A stretch of DNA of 58,270 nucleotides, the filler included, from Catajapyx aquilonaris (taxonomy: Eukaryota): the NCBI GenBank assembly GCA_000934665.2. It is 4 parts of 4 records of this genome, joined end to end, with 100 filler letters (N's around TTAATTAATTAA, not from the genome) between each part and the next. Parts side by side here need not be neighbours in the genome. Positions count along the whole stretch, not along the records: positions 29,125 to 43,566 come from JYFJ02007774.1; positions 43,667 to 58,270 come from JYFJ02007775.1; 2 more parts are not named here. One strand, written 5' to 3'. Of this stretch, positions 37,528 through 51,511 are shown piece after piece (the first letter of the stretch is position 1; each line of letters starts with the position of its first letter). Below the pieces are notes generated by a model. It saw nothing but the letters and a program-made list of their open reading frames with translations. It ran no database searches and had not been told where the DNA came from. Both the position numbers and the translations under genes were made by a program.

Positions 37528-38346
37528 CTCGTTTTTCTTCTTGTTTTCTTTATCCCTCTTCTCCATTAAATAATTCATTTTTTGCAATGTTCTTTTCACT
37601 CAAAAATATTTTTACCGCAATTGGGCAACGACTTGGACACATCGAGCTTTGTAGCCATTGCACAAAGGAGACCGGTTTCGCTGGCTCAATCCGATTTTTA
37701 CTGCAGAAACCAGTGTTTACAGTCCGGATTATTGCAGGAAATAATCAAAGTTTGCTCTTCGTATTCTGCAAATAAAATCAAAGTATAGCCTACGGTCGTA
37801 ATTTCAAGTTTGTTTTATTGCCGTCGATAAATTGTTTAAAGGGGAGAATGCGCCGTTTTACATCAACAACGATGGGTTGTTTTGTGCAAACTTGAGTTAT
37901 TTGGAAGGTTTATGGGTGTGAATTTATTTTATTGTTAAACACAGGCACACAGCCACTGGTGGAGTACAATTGCACAAAATATGGCATCTGCAGACTATAC
38001 TTAAAGACGTAAACAATAATGTATGGCTATACAAAAGGACTATCCCATATTCTCATTTTAATACATTCGTTTAATACTAGTAATATGACTAATATCCTAT
38101 GGTAAGGCATGCACAGTACGTCATCATCAAACATGTTGAGTACTCGTACATGAACTATTACTATATAAATTCCCTCCATACATATAGGCTAATACTACAA
38201 TATTAATATAAACTGATTAAATATAATTATCTGTGTATGTGGGAAACGTGGAAAAAATACTCTGAAACTAATAACGGAAAGCTAACAAGTAGAGGCTGAA
38301 GAAATATCGAAATCAGTTCGGAAATTTTAAAAAAATCTTCTCCATC

Positions 38347-40137
38347 TTACATATCGCGAGGAATCAAAATTACTTTTCCGATATTCTGCCGATTTGCCAA
38401 CATTTTTCCTGCGTCCACCACCTGAAATAAAATAAAAGGAAATGTTTAAATCACGCAACCTCGTTTAAACCAGATAATACATTTTGAGTACGGTATGATG
38501 GGCACTAACTTTGTCGAATGGAAGGACAATGTGGCAACGAACTTTGATCTTTCCTTCTTGATAGAGCTGCAGCAAACTTTCCATTCCCTGCTGGAATCGT
38601 CGTGGGTCATCTCGCAAAAGGTACGCCAAATGCAACCCTCCCACTACGTGGTTGTTGACCACCAGAGAGGTCGCATTGGGGGACCACGAATACCACCAAG
38701 CCCACAGAAGTTGCCACATGCTCAATTTTTCCCCCTGAATCATGCTGCTCACTCCTGAAATGTCGCACTGTGTTAACATGTTGCGTGAGGTAATTTCCAG
38801 CAATTGCGTACCTAGCAATACTGTTTTACCAAGAGGTCGCAACAGCCTCTCGCTGACAAAAGATTCTTTGCCTCCCATGCTATCTAAGATGATCTCAACG
38901 CCTTCTGGGGCTATCTCTCTTACAGCTTGCTCATAGTTGTCGTACTCAATAGCATGGTCAACCCCGTTGCTGAGGATGTCGTTGTGCTTGAACTGCGAAG
39001 CCGTACCAATGACGGTGACTTTGTCCACCGTTTTGGCCAGCTGGGTCGCAGCAAAACCGACTCCGCCTGCAACAAACGGCATATTGTTACTCCACAACAA
39101 TGTATTTTTTTGTGAGAATTTTGCTGACCTCCTGCAGAGTGAATCAGCACTTTCTGGCCTGGCTTCAGGTTCCCGATGTCAAAGAGGCTGAAGTAAGCGG
39201 TGAGGTAGTTAGACACGAAGGCTGCACCTTCCACAAAGGTCATATCCGTAGGCATTTTGGTGCACCAGGTCTCGGATGCAATTATCTCCTCTGCATACAT
39301 CCCATGGGAACCGTTGTAGCACATGACCCTGTCTCCTTCCTGAAATAGTGACCTCATTCATATCCTGGCTTTAGACAAGGAAGTTGCTATAACAAAAGCT
39401 TCAATATTTATTGCCTGTACTATTGTGCATCGGGGGGAAAATAGTACACATTACCTGAAGGTTTTGAACCAAGTCTCCGACCTCCAAGATGATTCCGGCG
39501 CATTCAATTCCCATAATAAATGGAAGAGTTTTGTCACGGATTAATCCCTGTCGTGTGTAAATATCTGCGAAGTTCATTCCACAGGCTGCTACTTGAATTT
39601 TTACTTCGGATCCTTGCGGTTTTGGTGGCGGTTTTAAATAAGTGACCTGAAATAGATGACAAAATTTTGATATGGCCACAGTGCATTCACCTTTATCTAT
39701 ATAATATATTTTAGGATATGGCTTTGAATTATGTTGTCGAGAAAGTTTAATGTTCCATCACATATTTTTTTATCCGCCTCATTCAACTTGGATGACTGAA
39801 ATATTGGACGCATATACGAGTTCCCTACTTCATAAAAGTGCAGTAAATCACCTCAACTGCAATATCGGGGAGGCAAATGGAGCTCTCTATTACATATGAA
39901 AAGCAGACTAACTCGTAAGAACATCCTGAAGAGAGATGGACGACTCTCATGGGAGGATTATTATCAAGCAGTTAGCACTTTATTCTCCTCTCCTGATGGA
40001 ATATTCTTTTCTACTCATACGTTTGGTTAACTGGCATGATTTTTCATAAAAAGTGCATATTTCAAGAGGATTCTTACCTGGATTTGGTCATATCCGCCGT
40101 ATCCAGTCAAGACGACGGCCTTAATCTTGTGCGCCAT
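38347..40137 (-). CDS. VAT-1-like NADPH:quinone oxidoreductase (MDR family), about 345 aa
   Basis: Exons 40137-40078, 39646-39455, 39339-39129, 39066-38812, 38754-38510, 38421-38347 with compatible phases; motifs ACGMNFAD...RQG, G.EC.G, NYLTAY..LF, VLIHSAGGGVG.AA.QL, NIGKVIL. Confidence 0.92.
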
Positions 40138-43104
40138 ATTGCTGCAAAATCTGCAAGAAGCAAAAGCAATGCAGTTAATTACCAATTAGCCTCAAAGCAC
40201 TCTTACGAAACACCTTGACAGTAATCGACAGCTCCACATATTTGTCTCCAAGTTCTTGCACGAGTGTCTGTGAACAAGAACAAGGCAAGGTGACCGGACT
40301 GCAGCAGGAGGAAAATGCCAGGACAAAGAGAACCGTCTACTCTATACATATATATAGAAGAGATATTTGCAAGTCCAATTTGTCGTCATCACGACGGGGT
40401 TGAAATGAGAGTAGGGGAATAGGTTTAGCCCATCAAATAATTCGATCAGATGACGCAAATGCAGCATCCACAAGTTGGTTATTTCAAGAACTCTAATTAG
40501 GACTCTGATTTTGCTCTGGGTATAGGTATGCTATAAATATTCCTGCCATTCTTCGATATCATTATTCAGCGAGATTTTGACACAAATATCCTGCCAAAGG
40601 TTAATAAAAATCTAATATTTCGAAGAGGTATTCTGGTGAAAAATACATATATTTTTGTTACTCAGCAGGGCGGATGATGCTCTAACAATAGCTTTCTAAT
40701 CCGCAGTTTCCGGGAACTGCTTAATAGAGTTTGTGATACCATGCCAGATATTAATGTAATTATTGCATGAAAATAACCTTGCCATTACTATATGAGCTTT
40801 CGCAATATACTGTACTGATTATTATACTACTGATGCTGCTGCACTCCCGTAGCCTTCACGCACAGAGTTTCCAATATTCTGCTAGATGGTGGTAGGTACA
40901 CCATCTAGAATCGACGTGAATCACACCTGATACGGAATCTGACGGGAACTCACAAAACTGCTTCTATTTTATTTTCTCCAGCTATTGTAGCTGTTATACA
41001 CAAGACAGAATTACCGTCCAACTGTAACATACTGCATACATGCCTACATCCCAACACCAATATACCAAATTACCAAATGCAAAGACTTGCAACCACTTGT
41101 TATCATATTAATGTACCAGATTTATAATCTGATCCATTTTATTAAACGAAGTCTACAGCCGACCATGAACTCTTCTGCAGCGACACAGAACTAAGTCCGT
41201 GTCGTATAGTTTTGTGAATTATTCAAGAGACAAGTCAAATAAAATCGTGACGTGGGAGAGTGCAATGTACTGAGGTACTCTAGCACATATAGTTATTGTG
41301 CTGCAGTGTATATGCTCAGTTCTGCCAGAAATTAATGGGTGAGCAGGTAAACGCACAGTTTCATTATCTTTCTTGAGTGCATTGAACCCTTTCTAAGAAC
41401 TAAAAGAGTACAGTACATGCTACTCGTATATGCCATTTATTAGTATGGAAAAAATGTGTTGTGTCAGCAATTCTTCCACATATGATGCAACGCACACATG
41501 CCATATTAATTTTTAAAATATTAATTAATGTTTAGTATGCTTTATGGCCGCTGCAGTCGGTTACACACGATTTCATAATTCAATTGCAGCTCCCATGCAT
41601 GTAGGATTTCTAGGAAGATCATAATGCAAGAAACTTCTGAACAATACTGAACGGCTTCGACGCCACTTCGTAATTACCACTTCCAATGCCGCCAACTTTT
41701 GTCCCTACCTGCTCCGGATGAGACTTGTTTTGACTATATACCTACCTCTCGGGTGTAATGGAAACAGCCTTTCACCTGCCGACAGGTCTTGCAACGAGTT
41801 GACCCGTTACCCCAGCCTTTTCAGAGTGACTGACAGCAAGGAACAAGAGTGACGACTGCAGAGGGCCAAGGGGTGGCTACCGGTCTGTAGGCAGGGTTTC
41901 AGGTAGACAAAAGCCCCACCGGGTAGAATGATGTCTTGATGTCCCAGACAGTGCTGCCAAACCTTTTACAAGCAGGTGACAAGACTTCCGTCTAAAAACA
42001 GCAGACTACCTGTAAACAAGCAGCTGACGAACCGGTGATAAATGACGTGTTTTTTTTAATTAATTCGGAACTTCATTTGACAATCTAATTAGCACATTTG
42101 CAATTATAAAAATACGCATTAAATTGTAGAATAATCATAATGCAAAGGCCAGTTAGCTAATAGCATAATGCTAGACTGCAATCTCCTGGGAATGTGACAT
42201 TACACTGTACTTGCAGAGACAATAATGTCGTTAGATCCCAGGTGAGGACGTGCAACAAGAGTCTTTGCATCACCTGGGCTTTAAGGTGAATAATTTACAG
42301 TAGGATAGGAAAGTGCATGTGCGTGGAGGAGAGAGAATTAGAAGTAGAAAATATCACGTCCCGTAGCTTGTTTAGCTGGTGGTAGGGAAGCGGTCGAGAT
42401 TTCCATTTCATTTGCAATTCGTTTTGGGTGGTGTTCTCGGGAGGCGTTTTCGGAATTGAAGAGTCGCCACTCTCGGAAGGAGGAAAAGAAGAGGGGCTGG
42501 TTGGTTGGAGGGAGGGGTGGTGCTTGCGGAATGAGGCTAGTTCGTTAGCTGTCAGATGAAGCTTGAGATACTATTTTTTTCCTGTTATAGGAAAAGAGGT
42601 CGGCTTGGTTCTGCGGCTGTGCGCATTTATTCCCCTGCATCTATTATTGTCTGAAACAACGAATGCAGCTGTTGAAATTTTTAAACGATAACACAAATGA
42701 ACTAGTAAGTGAATCAGAATGTGTCTTATTGCCTTATGAGTTGTTATAAAAGCTGTCCGATTCGGCCTATGTCCGTAACCGATATTATACTGTACGCGAA
42801 GTACAAGTGGTCACCTGCACTGAGGCAGACCAGGGCCCGTATTTTGGTCGGAGCGTGCGGCTCGCAAGGGCGTACAGTGACGTGTTCACTTAGAAGGGGG
42901 CGTGGACAGGCTCTGAGGGTCGTTCAGGGCTGTTCGAAACATCCTGACACAACTAACCGCATCGGTGAACGAGCTTGCGGCTCTGTACGCAGTGAGCGCA
43001 AGGCCGGGGAGGCAGGGCCTCGAACCGACCAATCACGGTTCACGGGGTAGGTAGCGACATGCGGCCTGACGTCGAACCAGCCTCAATTCCCTCCCTGTGT
43101 TTAA

Positions 43105-43494
43105 AGGTGGGATAAAGGTCCCGGCGCTTATGGAGGTTGACATGTTAAATGTCGGGACTAATAACTCCGTAATTACTGAACAGAATGACATGATTATTTT
43201 TTCCACATTCGTCACAGCATTCTACATCACTGGTTGGTTGAGCGATTTTGCTCATTTGGTCCTTATTCTTCACGGGACGTTTTTTCCTCACATTCCTTCA
43301 AATTCCTCTCAGTTTCGTGGTTTTCATAATTAACTGAATCCCTAAAACAGGTTTCACTCAACATAGCCGTGACAAGGGTTGTTGTTTCGTGTTGTGTCAA
43401 AAAATTCATGTAATTCTGTTCAGTAATTACGGAGTTATTAGGCCCGACACTTAACATGTCAACCTCTATAAGCGCCGGGACCTTTATCCAACCC
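43105..43494. mobile_element. TTAA-flanked (Kolobok-like) MITE
   Basis: About 80-bp TIRs GGATAAAGGTCCCGGCGCTTAT.../...ATAAGCGCCGGGACCTTTATCC, TTAA on both sides. Confidence 0.8.
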
Positions 43495-43566
43495 TTAACC
43501 CTGGAACCGTGCCGTGGGGTCTTTTTGGACCCCCAGGAAAAAATGCATTAAAATGATCATTACAAT

Positions 43567-43666
43567 NNNNNNNNNNNNNNNNNNNNNNNNNNNNNNNNNN
43601 NNNNNNNNNNTTAATTAATTAANNNNNNNNNNNNNNNNNNNNNNNNNNNNNNNNNNNNNNNNNNNN
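43567..43666. other. Artificial contig spacer
   Basis: Same 100-nt N/TTAATTAATTAA/N structure. Confidence 0.95.
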
Positions 43667-44129
43667 AGGTCCACCGTCACCGGAGCACTGGGGTTGGATA
43701 CGTACTGGAGCTACATGGACGCCTGTGTGGTCCGATAAGGACGACGAGATCTGGCCAGTTTGTTGAGCCCTCGGTAGGTGCGGATGCGCCTCAAAATGCG
43801 ACACAATGCGCTGCATTTGCATGAGGGAGTCATTCCCATAATGCCATGCACTCTCAATTGTAAGAAATGCAAAGGAGAATGCAGCAACAAGAGGCAAGTC
43901 AAATCTTAGTGCATATCATGCAATTTTTGTGCAACTTCTCAGATTCTAATATAACAGCAATTATTTTTTCAGTACAAGATATTCCGGAGTAGAAGAAAAT
44001 TAGCTCTAAGCGGTGGAGACCAGAACACCAATTTCACCAAGGAAAAGAAAAGAAATATTGTTTATGTAACCTAAAATCAATAAAATTGACATCATGTAAA
44101 AAGTGCCGGTACCTATCATTTCTGGCTGC

Positions 44130-44967
44130 AGCGATCGCAAGGAATGTGGCAAGGACACCAAGAACGTCTACTATTCTCTTACGGGTGCATATCCCCACCT
44201 AAGGGCTTCAGTTGAAATCCAATATGGTGCTTGTCTGGTCCCAGAAAGCATGATTCGAGATTTTGGTGTCATTTTTGGTTTCAGTGACAGCAAATTATAT
44301 GTAATCGACACCTCACAAGCCACACATCATATGCAAATACCTTTAGACATTTTCAAGTATGATAATTTCAAAGTGGCGGCCATAGGTCACAAACTAGTGA
44401 CCTTCGGACCTTCTGAATATGACCCATCGTCTTAGCGACCTCGAATTAGGCTACAAGGATACCAAACACGTCTACTATTCGCTTACGGGTGGATATCCCC
44501 ACCAAAGGGTTTAAGTTGAAACCCAATATGGCGCCCCACAGGTCACCGGATGCATTATTCCGAATTTTTATTGTCGTTTTCGGTTTCAGTGACATCAAAT
44601 TATATCTAAACGATACCTCACATGCCACCTTTTAGTCGCAAATACCATTCGACATAGCCCAGTAGGGTAATTTCAAAATAGAGGTCATAGGTCACAAACT
44701 AGTGACCTTATGACCTCCTGCATGTTACCAATCGACTTGTCGACCTCGAAATATGCGGAAATGACACCAACATTGCCATGGAGAGGCAATTTGGAATTTA
44801 CAAAAAATAAATGACCTTTTTTTCAAAAATGGCCGCCATTTGACCCCACAAGGTCAGGGGACAGGGTGCTGCGGGTCAAATTGATCGTCTTGGTCTATAG
44901 AACGTCTGAAAAGTGGCTTGCTTTCTGCAAGATTTTGCAGCATATTTTTGTGTACCGCTTCGACTAA
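44130..44967. mobile_element. DNA transposon end with two diverged direct repeats of about 305 bp
   Basis: ACGTCTACTATTC...CATAGGTCACAAACTAGTGACCTT occurs at about 44165-44404 and 44468-44709; putative ...GACTA terminus. Confidence 0.55.
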
Positions 44968-45760
44968 TATAGCCACCTAGCCGCTGGAAGATGGCGTCAT
45001 ACGGAAAAGTCCAACAAAGCACTAGAGCATGTGATTTTTGTGGTGAATTCTGTTTGTTTTGCTAGCATTCCTTTAGGATTGATAGTTTCTTGGCAAAAAA
45101 ATCTCAAAGTGAATGTCCGTAAACCACGGACACTGCGGGCAGAGGGTTAATGATCTTTTAATTGACATAAAAATAAAAATATCCCTTCCATACACTTGAA
45201 ACTCGATATGCCTTAAAATGGGCCTTCTAAGTTACCATAACCCAAAGTTTGTCACTATCTGTGGTTACCTGCTTGTCTTATAGCGTATAGTCGACACAGA
45301 TATTATGATTGGACGTGTAAAAAGAGGAATGCAGATGGAGTTGGCCCAGGAAAAGACTGCAGAGCCATGTGTTTTTTTCCCTGAATTTTTGACCCCTTCA
45401 CCCCCCAACCCCACTTCACACCCCCACCTCGTTCCATATGTTTGCTCTGAGGAACTTTAGAAATGTACCTACAGATGCATGGTGGGAAATTTTGTTTTCA
45501 ACACAGAGTAATATTTGTAAATACCGAATTATTTTATTGTATTTATTTTTGTCTGGAAGTCTATTTTCAAATCTCACAAAATCCCGGAATGACCATACGA
45601 TACAAACTCGCGTGAGGTGGCCAATTAGCGTAATTCAGTAATGACTTTGGACACTGGTAAACTGATGAAATAGCCCTCTGTGGGTTTTCTGAATATTGAA
45701 AACTGGTCGTAATGCATTGTTACTTTTGACGTCATGTTTGGAATGGATATCGTCTTTCAG

Positions 45761-48700
45761 AGATATGGGCGGCCACATTGATGGATTCATGGCACTTGTG
45801 GCCCATACCATTGTTGTTGGGGCCAGCCCAGAACATCCAGTAAATGGGAAAAAAGCCGATGTGATGCTGGCAGCGCACATGGCAGCTGAAGCAGCACTTC
45901 GGCTTGTCAGGCCTGGTAACCAGACCAATCAAGTGACAGATGCTGTGCAGAAGATAGCTGAGGCATACCATTGCAAGCCTATTGAAGGCATGCTTAGCCA
46001 TCAGCTGAAGCAGTTTCGTATAGATGGTGAGAAGAGCGTCATTCAGAATCCAACTGACTCGCAGAAGAAGGAACATGAAAACTTTGACATTGAACTTCAT
46101 GAGGTGTATGCTGTAGATGTCCTCATGAGCACAGGAGAGGGTGTGGTAAGCAATCTCCTCATATCTAAAGCTAGCAGCAATATAACGTTTTCCTTGTCTG
46201 TTAGGGTAAAGCCCAAGATACGCGGGTGACAGTGTACAAGAAGACAGATGAGATCTACAACCTTAAGTTGAGGACATCTCGCAACTTCTTCAGTGAGGTG
46301 TGTAACAAGTATGGGAACATGCCGTTTAACCTTCGTCACTTTGCCGGACCGAAGAAAGCTAAGCTGGGCGTGAAGGAGTGTGTCACTCATAAGACCCTGG
46401 AACCCTTTCAAGTTCTTTATGAAAAGTCCGGTAAGTTTATGCTGAAAGTTTTTTGCCATCTTGCACTCTGAAGACTAGCATTGGCCATCCTATTTCTAGC
46501 AACTTTAACATATTAAATTAAAGTGATTGAGTACTCAATGTGTGTATCGACTCTCAAGCGCTTTCAATTACTTGCATTTGAGGGTTTGAATATTGCTGTA
46601 CATGGAAATTGTTTAGAATGTATGATGCCAGCATTATCCCATAGCTAGAGGATACCATGCTGAATGAGAAATTTCGGTGTAATTTTGTTGAACAAGTTAT
46701 GGCCTAGGTTCTAGAGCCCAGCAAAGTTTGGGCACACTGTTCTAAAGAGAGATTTTGGTCAGATGTTATTTTTCCAAACAGAATGTCCAGCAAGGACTGA
46801 GAAATGTTACATTGGCCCAATGTGACACAGGGTATGATAAGGATAGATTACATTTTTTCTAAAATGAAATTTTAGGGTAGTATGTTAATTAGCTTTTAAA
46901 AAAACCTACTTCAGGGGCAGTAAATTACAAGAAATTCTCAAAATTGGCTCTTCATGTGCTGATATTAATGCAGCCAAGTCTGACTGTAATTGGCTGATGT
47001 CACAATTTGTAATTTTTGTGGTTCCCATAGGCTGTCTGTACCATGTAAGGTAAAAACTCATACCAGCTGCGGGGTATTTAAAAAAGAAAAGAATGGGAAT
47101 CCTTAGGAATGAGATTGGGTTGTCAGATGCTGATGTAGGTCCCTGTGCATAGGTAATGGGGGGAGAGAATCCTGTCAGAGCTGTGATTGCACTAATGTCA
47201 GACAATAGTGCATTGCACATCAGTGGATGCCCCACAGATTCATGTTTTTTTCTATATTTTTTGCATAATATGCCGTAGGCCCTACCCTTAGAAATACAAT
47301 TTTTCTGAGAGCTACCTGGTTGTTTAACCACTTATGCAGCCAGTCCCCAACTTACATAAGTGGACCGTTTTGCATCATCATATGTAATTTGAATTCTACA
47401 TAACTCGGAACCTGTAGTAGTGCAGTGTATCTTATACATTGACACTGGAATCACCGTTTTATTTAACCCTCTGGTTCCTGCTCAATTGCGCAATTGCAAA
47501 ATTAAGTCACGGAATTTTGGGAATTTTTAAAAGGTTTTCAGCTGCATGTCCACTTAGGGGTCGTGTAAATACCACGTGACGATTTCACTGGTCTACAAGG
47601 TTTTTGTAGCAAAGATCACTCATAGTGTTCCTAATAGAACTTTTTACGCTGAATTCAAATATGTAATTAGAATCTTTCCATCACGCATAGTTTATTTGCT
47701 ACGACAACTCCTCCTGGAAAAGATTGACTACGAGACATATGTCTGGAAGGTTTGTGGCGATTTGAAAGTCATTGCACTTTTACTTGGATTGCAGCTTGGA
47801 TACACAAAGTATTGTTGTTTTCTATGTGAATGGGACAGCCGAGACAAAAAAAAAGTCATTTCACTGTAAAGAAATGGAAAGCACGTGAATCGTTTACTCC
47901 TGGAGAAAGAAATGTGTCCCACTGATCATCCACTTGTCAAACCTGAGAATATTTACTTCCCCCCCCNCCACACACACACATTAAACTGGGATTAATGAAA
48001 AACTTTGTTAAGGCAATGGACCGAACTGGTGATGGATTTTCCTACTAGTTGAAGGAACAATTCCCTAAGATAAGTGATGCCAAGATTAAGGAAGGGATTT
48101 TTGTGGGTCCTCAAATGAGGCAGTTGATGAGGGATACAAGATTTGAGGAGCACTTAAACAGCGTAGAAAAGGCAGCATGGAATTCCTTTGAAAGTGTCAC
48201 CAAAAACTTCTTGGGGAATTCAAAGGCTGAAAATTACTGTGAATTAGTACGCGAACTCTTGGACTCCTACAAAGCTATGGGATGCAACGTGTCCCTTAAG
48301 ATCAATTTCCTGAACACCCACCTGGACTTTTTCCCGGAGAATTTTGGTGATGTCAGCGGTGAACAAGGAGAGCAATTTCAACAAGACATCGCCAGCATGG
48401 AAAAGCGGTACCAAGGAAATTGGAATCCAAATATGTTGGCAGACTACTGCTGGACACTCAAGGGAGATATCCCGCAAGCAAAATACAGCATAAGGTCATC
48501 AATGCCTTCTTTTTAATGGGTAATGTATATGTAACTTATACAGGGTGTAAATGAATTCAGCCGACAAACTTGTAGGGGTTAATAGAGGGGACCAAGACAA
48601 ACATTTTTGACATAGGAACCCGTGTCCGGAAACGCCATCTAGAGGGGGTTCATAGACAAGGAACGGGTGCGCTCAGACGCGTCACGCGAGAGGTGCTAGG

Positions 48701-50354
48701 TGAGTGGATTGTTTTGTTGATAGATGGCGCTCGGATAGTAACCAACGATGCGATGTGCCATAACGTGGCAACAACAGAGTCATCTAGCAACTAAAGTCCG
48801 CCTCCTAGGAGACGCGCGGATAGTCAACAGCGGTTCTGCTGCTGCCAGGTTATGGCGTATCGCGTTGTTGTTTACTTACAACGACACGATACGCCATAAC
48901 CTGGCAACACCTGCGCGCCATCTATCAACAAAACAGTCCGCTCGACTAGCGCCTCTCGCGTGACGCGTCTGAGCGCACCTGTTCCTTGTCTATGAACCCC
49001 CTCTAGATGGCGTTTCCGGACACGGGTTCCTATGTCAAAAATGTTTGTCTTGGTCCCCTCTATTACCCCTACAAGTTTGTCGGCTGAATTCATTTACACC
49101 CTGTATACCAGCTTCATATGTCTCCTTCAAATTTAAATTGTGTGTTACGCAAAAACCCTGCGTGATAAAAAGAAACTAATTACATATTTGAATTCAGCGG
49201 AAAATTTACTATTAGGTTCAGATATTATTTCCCGTGCTACACAAAAAAAGTTTTTTTTTTGTAGACCAGTGATTTTAGGCCACTTTTTGACCCCCCCCCC
49301 CCTCCCCNATCGCGGTATCCATTGGAACCCCCCCACCCCCTTTCACGTGGTTTTTTAAAAATGTCAATTTTATAAGAAAAAACGCGATCGAAAATGATAG
49401 CTCCTCAAAGAAAACTGTTTAAGCACATAAAAAATATGTCTCCCCATGTTTTCGGGGTTGCTGATTTCGAATTTCTGGTTATTTTGAACCGATGTGTATC
49501 TGTAAAAGGTCCCGTATGTGCCCATTCACTGTGTTCAGATACCCCGTGAACTGTCACCGACCCCCCCCCAAACGGTCACGTGGTATTTGCACGGCCCCTT
49601 ACCAGGAAATATGCGGCAGGGAGCTATGTGTATGTAAATTTGTTCAGTAAGCATTTGTTTACTATGAATTAGACCTTTGACGTCATGCCATTAAAAATAT
49701 CACGTGAGTGGCATAAATACTCATGAACATATAATCTACAAACATTTCGTAAGGCTATGGTGAAAGAAATTTTCGTTGGGGTTATACCACTGAATTTTTA
49801 AAAAATATTTCGTTTGGTTGCATTATTATGCAACCATCATGGCCACGAGAGACAAAGGGTTAATTGAGGTTGTTGCTATCGGTATGGCCCTGAAGCAGAT
49901 CACAAATGTCTCGCGTGTAAACTGAGTCAGGGAATGAGTAGGGGAGCAGGTTTGAGTTGCAACATACCACAATTTAATGTTTTCTTGCAATTGCGGGCAT
50001 TTTATGTAGCCGGCTTATTCGCTAGATTTTTGCACACATCACAAAAATTTTGTGCTGTGTCAGGAATTTTTCACTCAAGTAAGAATCTACATATTTTGGA
50101 GCTATGTAAGTTGGGGACTGGAAGACTATACACATAATATATACTATGCATAGGACTATACATTAAAACCTTGCAATATATCAACACTGTTTTTGTCATA
50201 CTGATACATGTACATTGCTTTTTCAGGTGAATTTGTTGCACAGTTTAAGTATACTGTGCTACTCCAGCCAAATGGATCACACAGGATCACAGGACTCCCC
50301 TTTGAAGCCGACCTGTACAAAACGGAGCACCAAATCGCAGATGCATCCGTCCTT
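45761..50354 (+). CDS. PA2G4: Proliferation-associated 2G4 / EBP1 homolog, internal exons only
   Basis: Exons 45761-46145, 46205-46430, 50227-50354 with compatible phases; motifs [51 protein letters not shown]. First and last exons not found in the window. Confidence 0.93.
47700..48516 (+). pseudogene. Frameshifted Chapaev3-like transposase C-terminal half
   Basis: [78 protein letters not shown]...MLADYCW; stops and frameshifts present. Confidence 0.85.
48541..49103. mobile_element. Young Tc1/mariner-type MITE (innermost layer of nest)
   Basis: CAGGGTGTAAATGAATTCAGCCGACAAAC... near-perfect arms of about 150 bp, TA TSD. Confidence 0.88.
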
Positions 50355-50509
50355 GTAAGCTATAATGCTCATCATATAAAGGGAAGGGCAATAATGTCTT
50401 GCGGCAAATTTGGGACACCCAAACTTGACAAGTATCTACATTGGCTGTACCTCACTTTTAAAAAATATATTTGGTATTGGATAATAATATTTTTGGGCAT
50501 CACAACATA

Positions 50510-51510
50510 CACTACCAGTCAAAAGTTTAGCATCACCCCCAAGCAGAGGTTTTTTATTTCTCAAGCTTAAACTCACAGTACAAATTGAAAGTGTGAGGTA
50601 CCGCTGAAAGCGCCGTGAATAACGCTACAAACCAAAGAAGGAACGATCACTCTAGGTTCAACTTAGGTGCAGATATTACCTCTTTTGTTTTTAAAAAAAT
50701 TCTCGAAAACCTACATTTGCAACTATAAATATTAATAAATAAAGGTAATCATCGCGAATTGATGCTTTATTACTTTTACTTATGATAATAAGTAAACTTC
50801 GAACACAAAAAAATTACTACAATATTTAAAAATTATCACTCGCACTGTTATTTTTTAAATTTTTGGCATTTCTTGTATGCACCCAACAATTGACGTATCG
50901 TCAACAGCGCATAACTTAAAGGGACACTCCACTCAAAATACAAGTTGGGTTCTAAAAATCGGGCAAAAAATCCTGATTCCGAGGGTATAAGCAGTTTTTC
51001 TTAGAGACGAACGGTAAGGCCAGTGTGAAAGCTGGAAGTGTGTCGTTCGAAAACCGCGCGCGGGGCGGTGGGCGCAGGTGGCGACGCCACCAGAGTGGAA
51101 CCGGGCGGAACTAGACCAGGGACGCCTGGTGCGGCAGGTGTTTACTGTACGCGCTATACTTCTCGGTTTGCCGCGGGGTGGTGCTGTATCGCCCTTCTTA
51201 GCAGACGACGTGTGTAGATATATGATTTTCCGTGTTACCGTTGGGCGTAGAAAAAAACGATTGCACATTCGGAATCAGGATTTTTTGCCCGATTTTTGGG
51301 GGCCAACTTGTATTTTGAGTGGAGTGTCCCTTTAAGAACCAATACTCCTACAGAAATGTTGAACCTAGAGTGACCATTCCTTTTTTAGTTTGGAGCGTTA
51401 TTCACGAAGCTTTCAACAGTGCCTCACACTTTCAATTTGTACTGTAAGTTTAAGCTTGAGAAATTAAAAACCTCTGCTTGGGGGTGATGCCAAACTTTTG
51501 ACTGGTAGTG
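50510..51510. mobile_element. Tc1-type MITE hosting a nested element
   Basis: CACTACCAGTCAAAAGTTT...AAACTTTTGACTGGTAGTG, about 150-bp arms. Confidence 0.8.
50920..51331. mobile_element. TTAA-inserting (Kolobok-like) MITE, copy 2
   Basis: Same termini as 7334-7943, TTAA on both sides, different interior. Confidence 0.8.
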
Positions 51511-51511
51511 T

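Larger units (their letters stand above)
47586..49271 (+). mobile_element. Chapaev-type (Chapaev3-like) transposon, internally deleted
   Basis: TIR CACTGGTCTACAA/TTGTAGACCAGTG with long subterminal inverted repeat; ATTT duplicated on both sides. Confidence 0.8.
47557..49598. mobile_element. Harbinger-type MITE split by an insertion
   Basis: GGGGTCGTGTAAATACCACGTGAC...GTCACGTGGTATTTGCACGGCCCC, TTA TSD. Confidence 0.8.
47467..49859. mobile_element. Putative piggyBac-like element (outermost layer of nest)
   Basis: TTAA|CCCTCTG...CAAAGGG|TTAA; TIR short and imperfect. Confidence 0.4.

Noticed and set aside
38465..39100. 211-aa single ORF for the VAT-1-like gene
   Set aside because: It reads through a 57-nt in-frame GT-AG intron (38755-38811) and into flanking introns; the spliced model fits the family better.
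41700..41960. HDV-like ribozyme or LINE 5' UTR
   Set aside because: Could not build the nested double pseudoknot by eye and no adjacent RT ORF.
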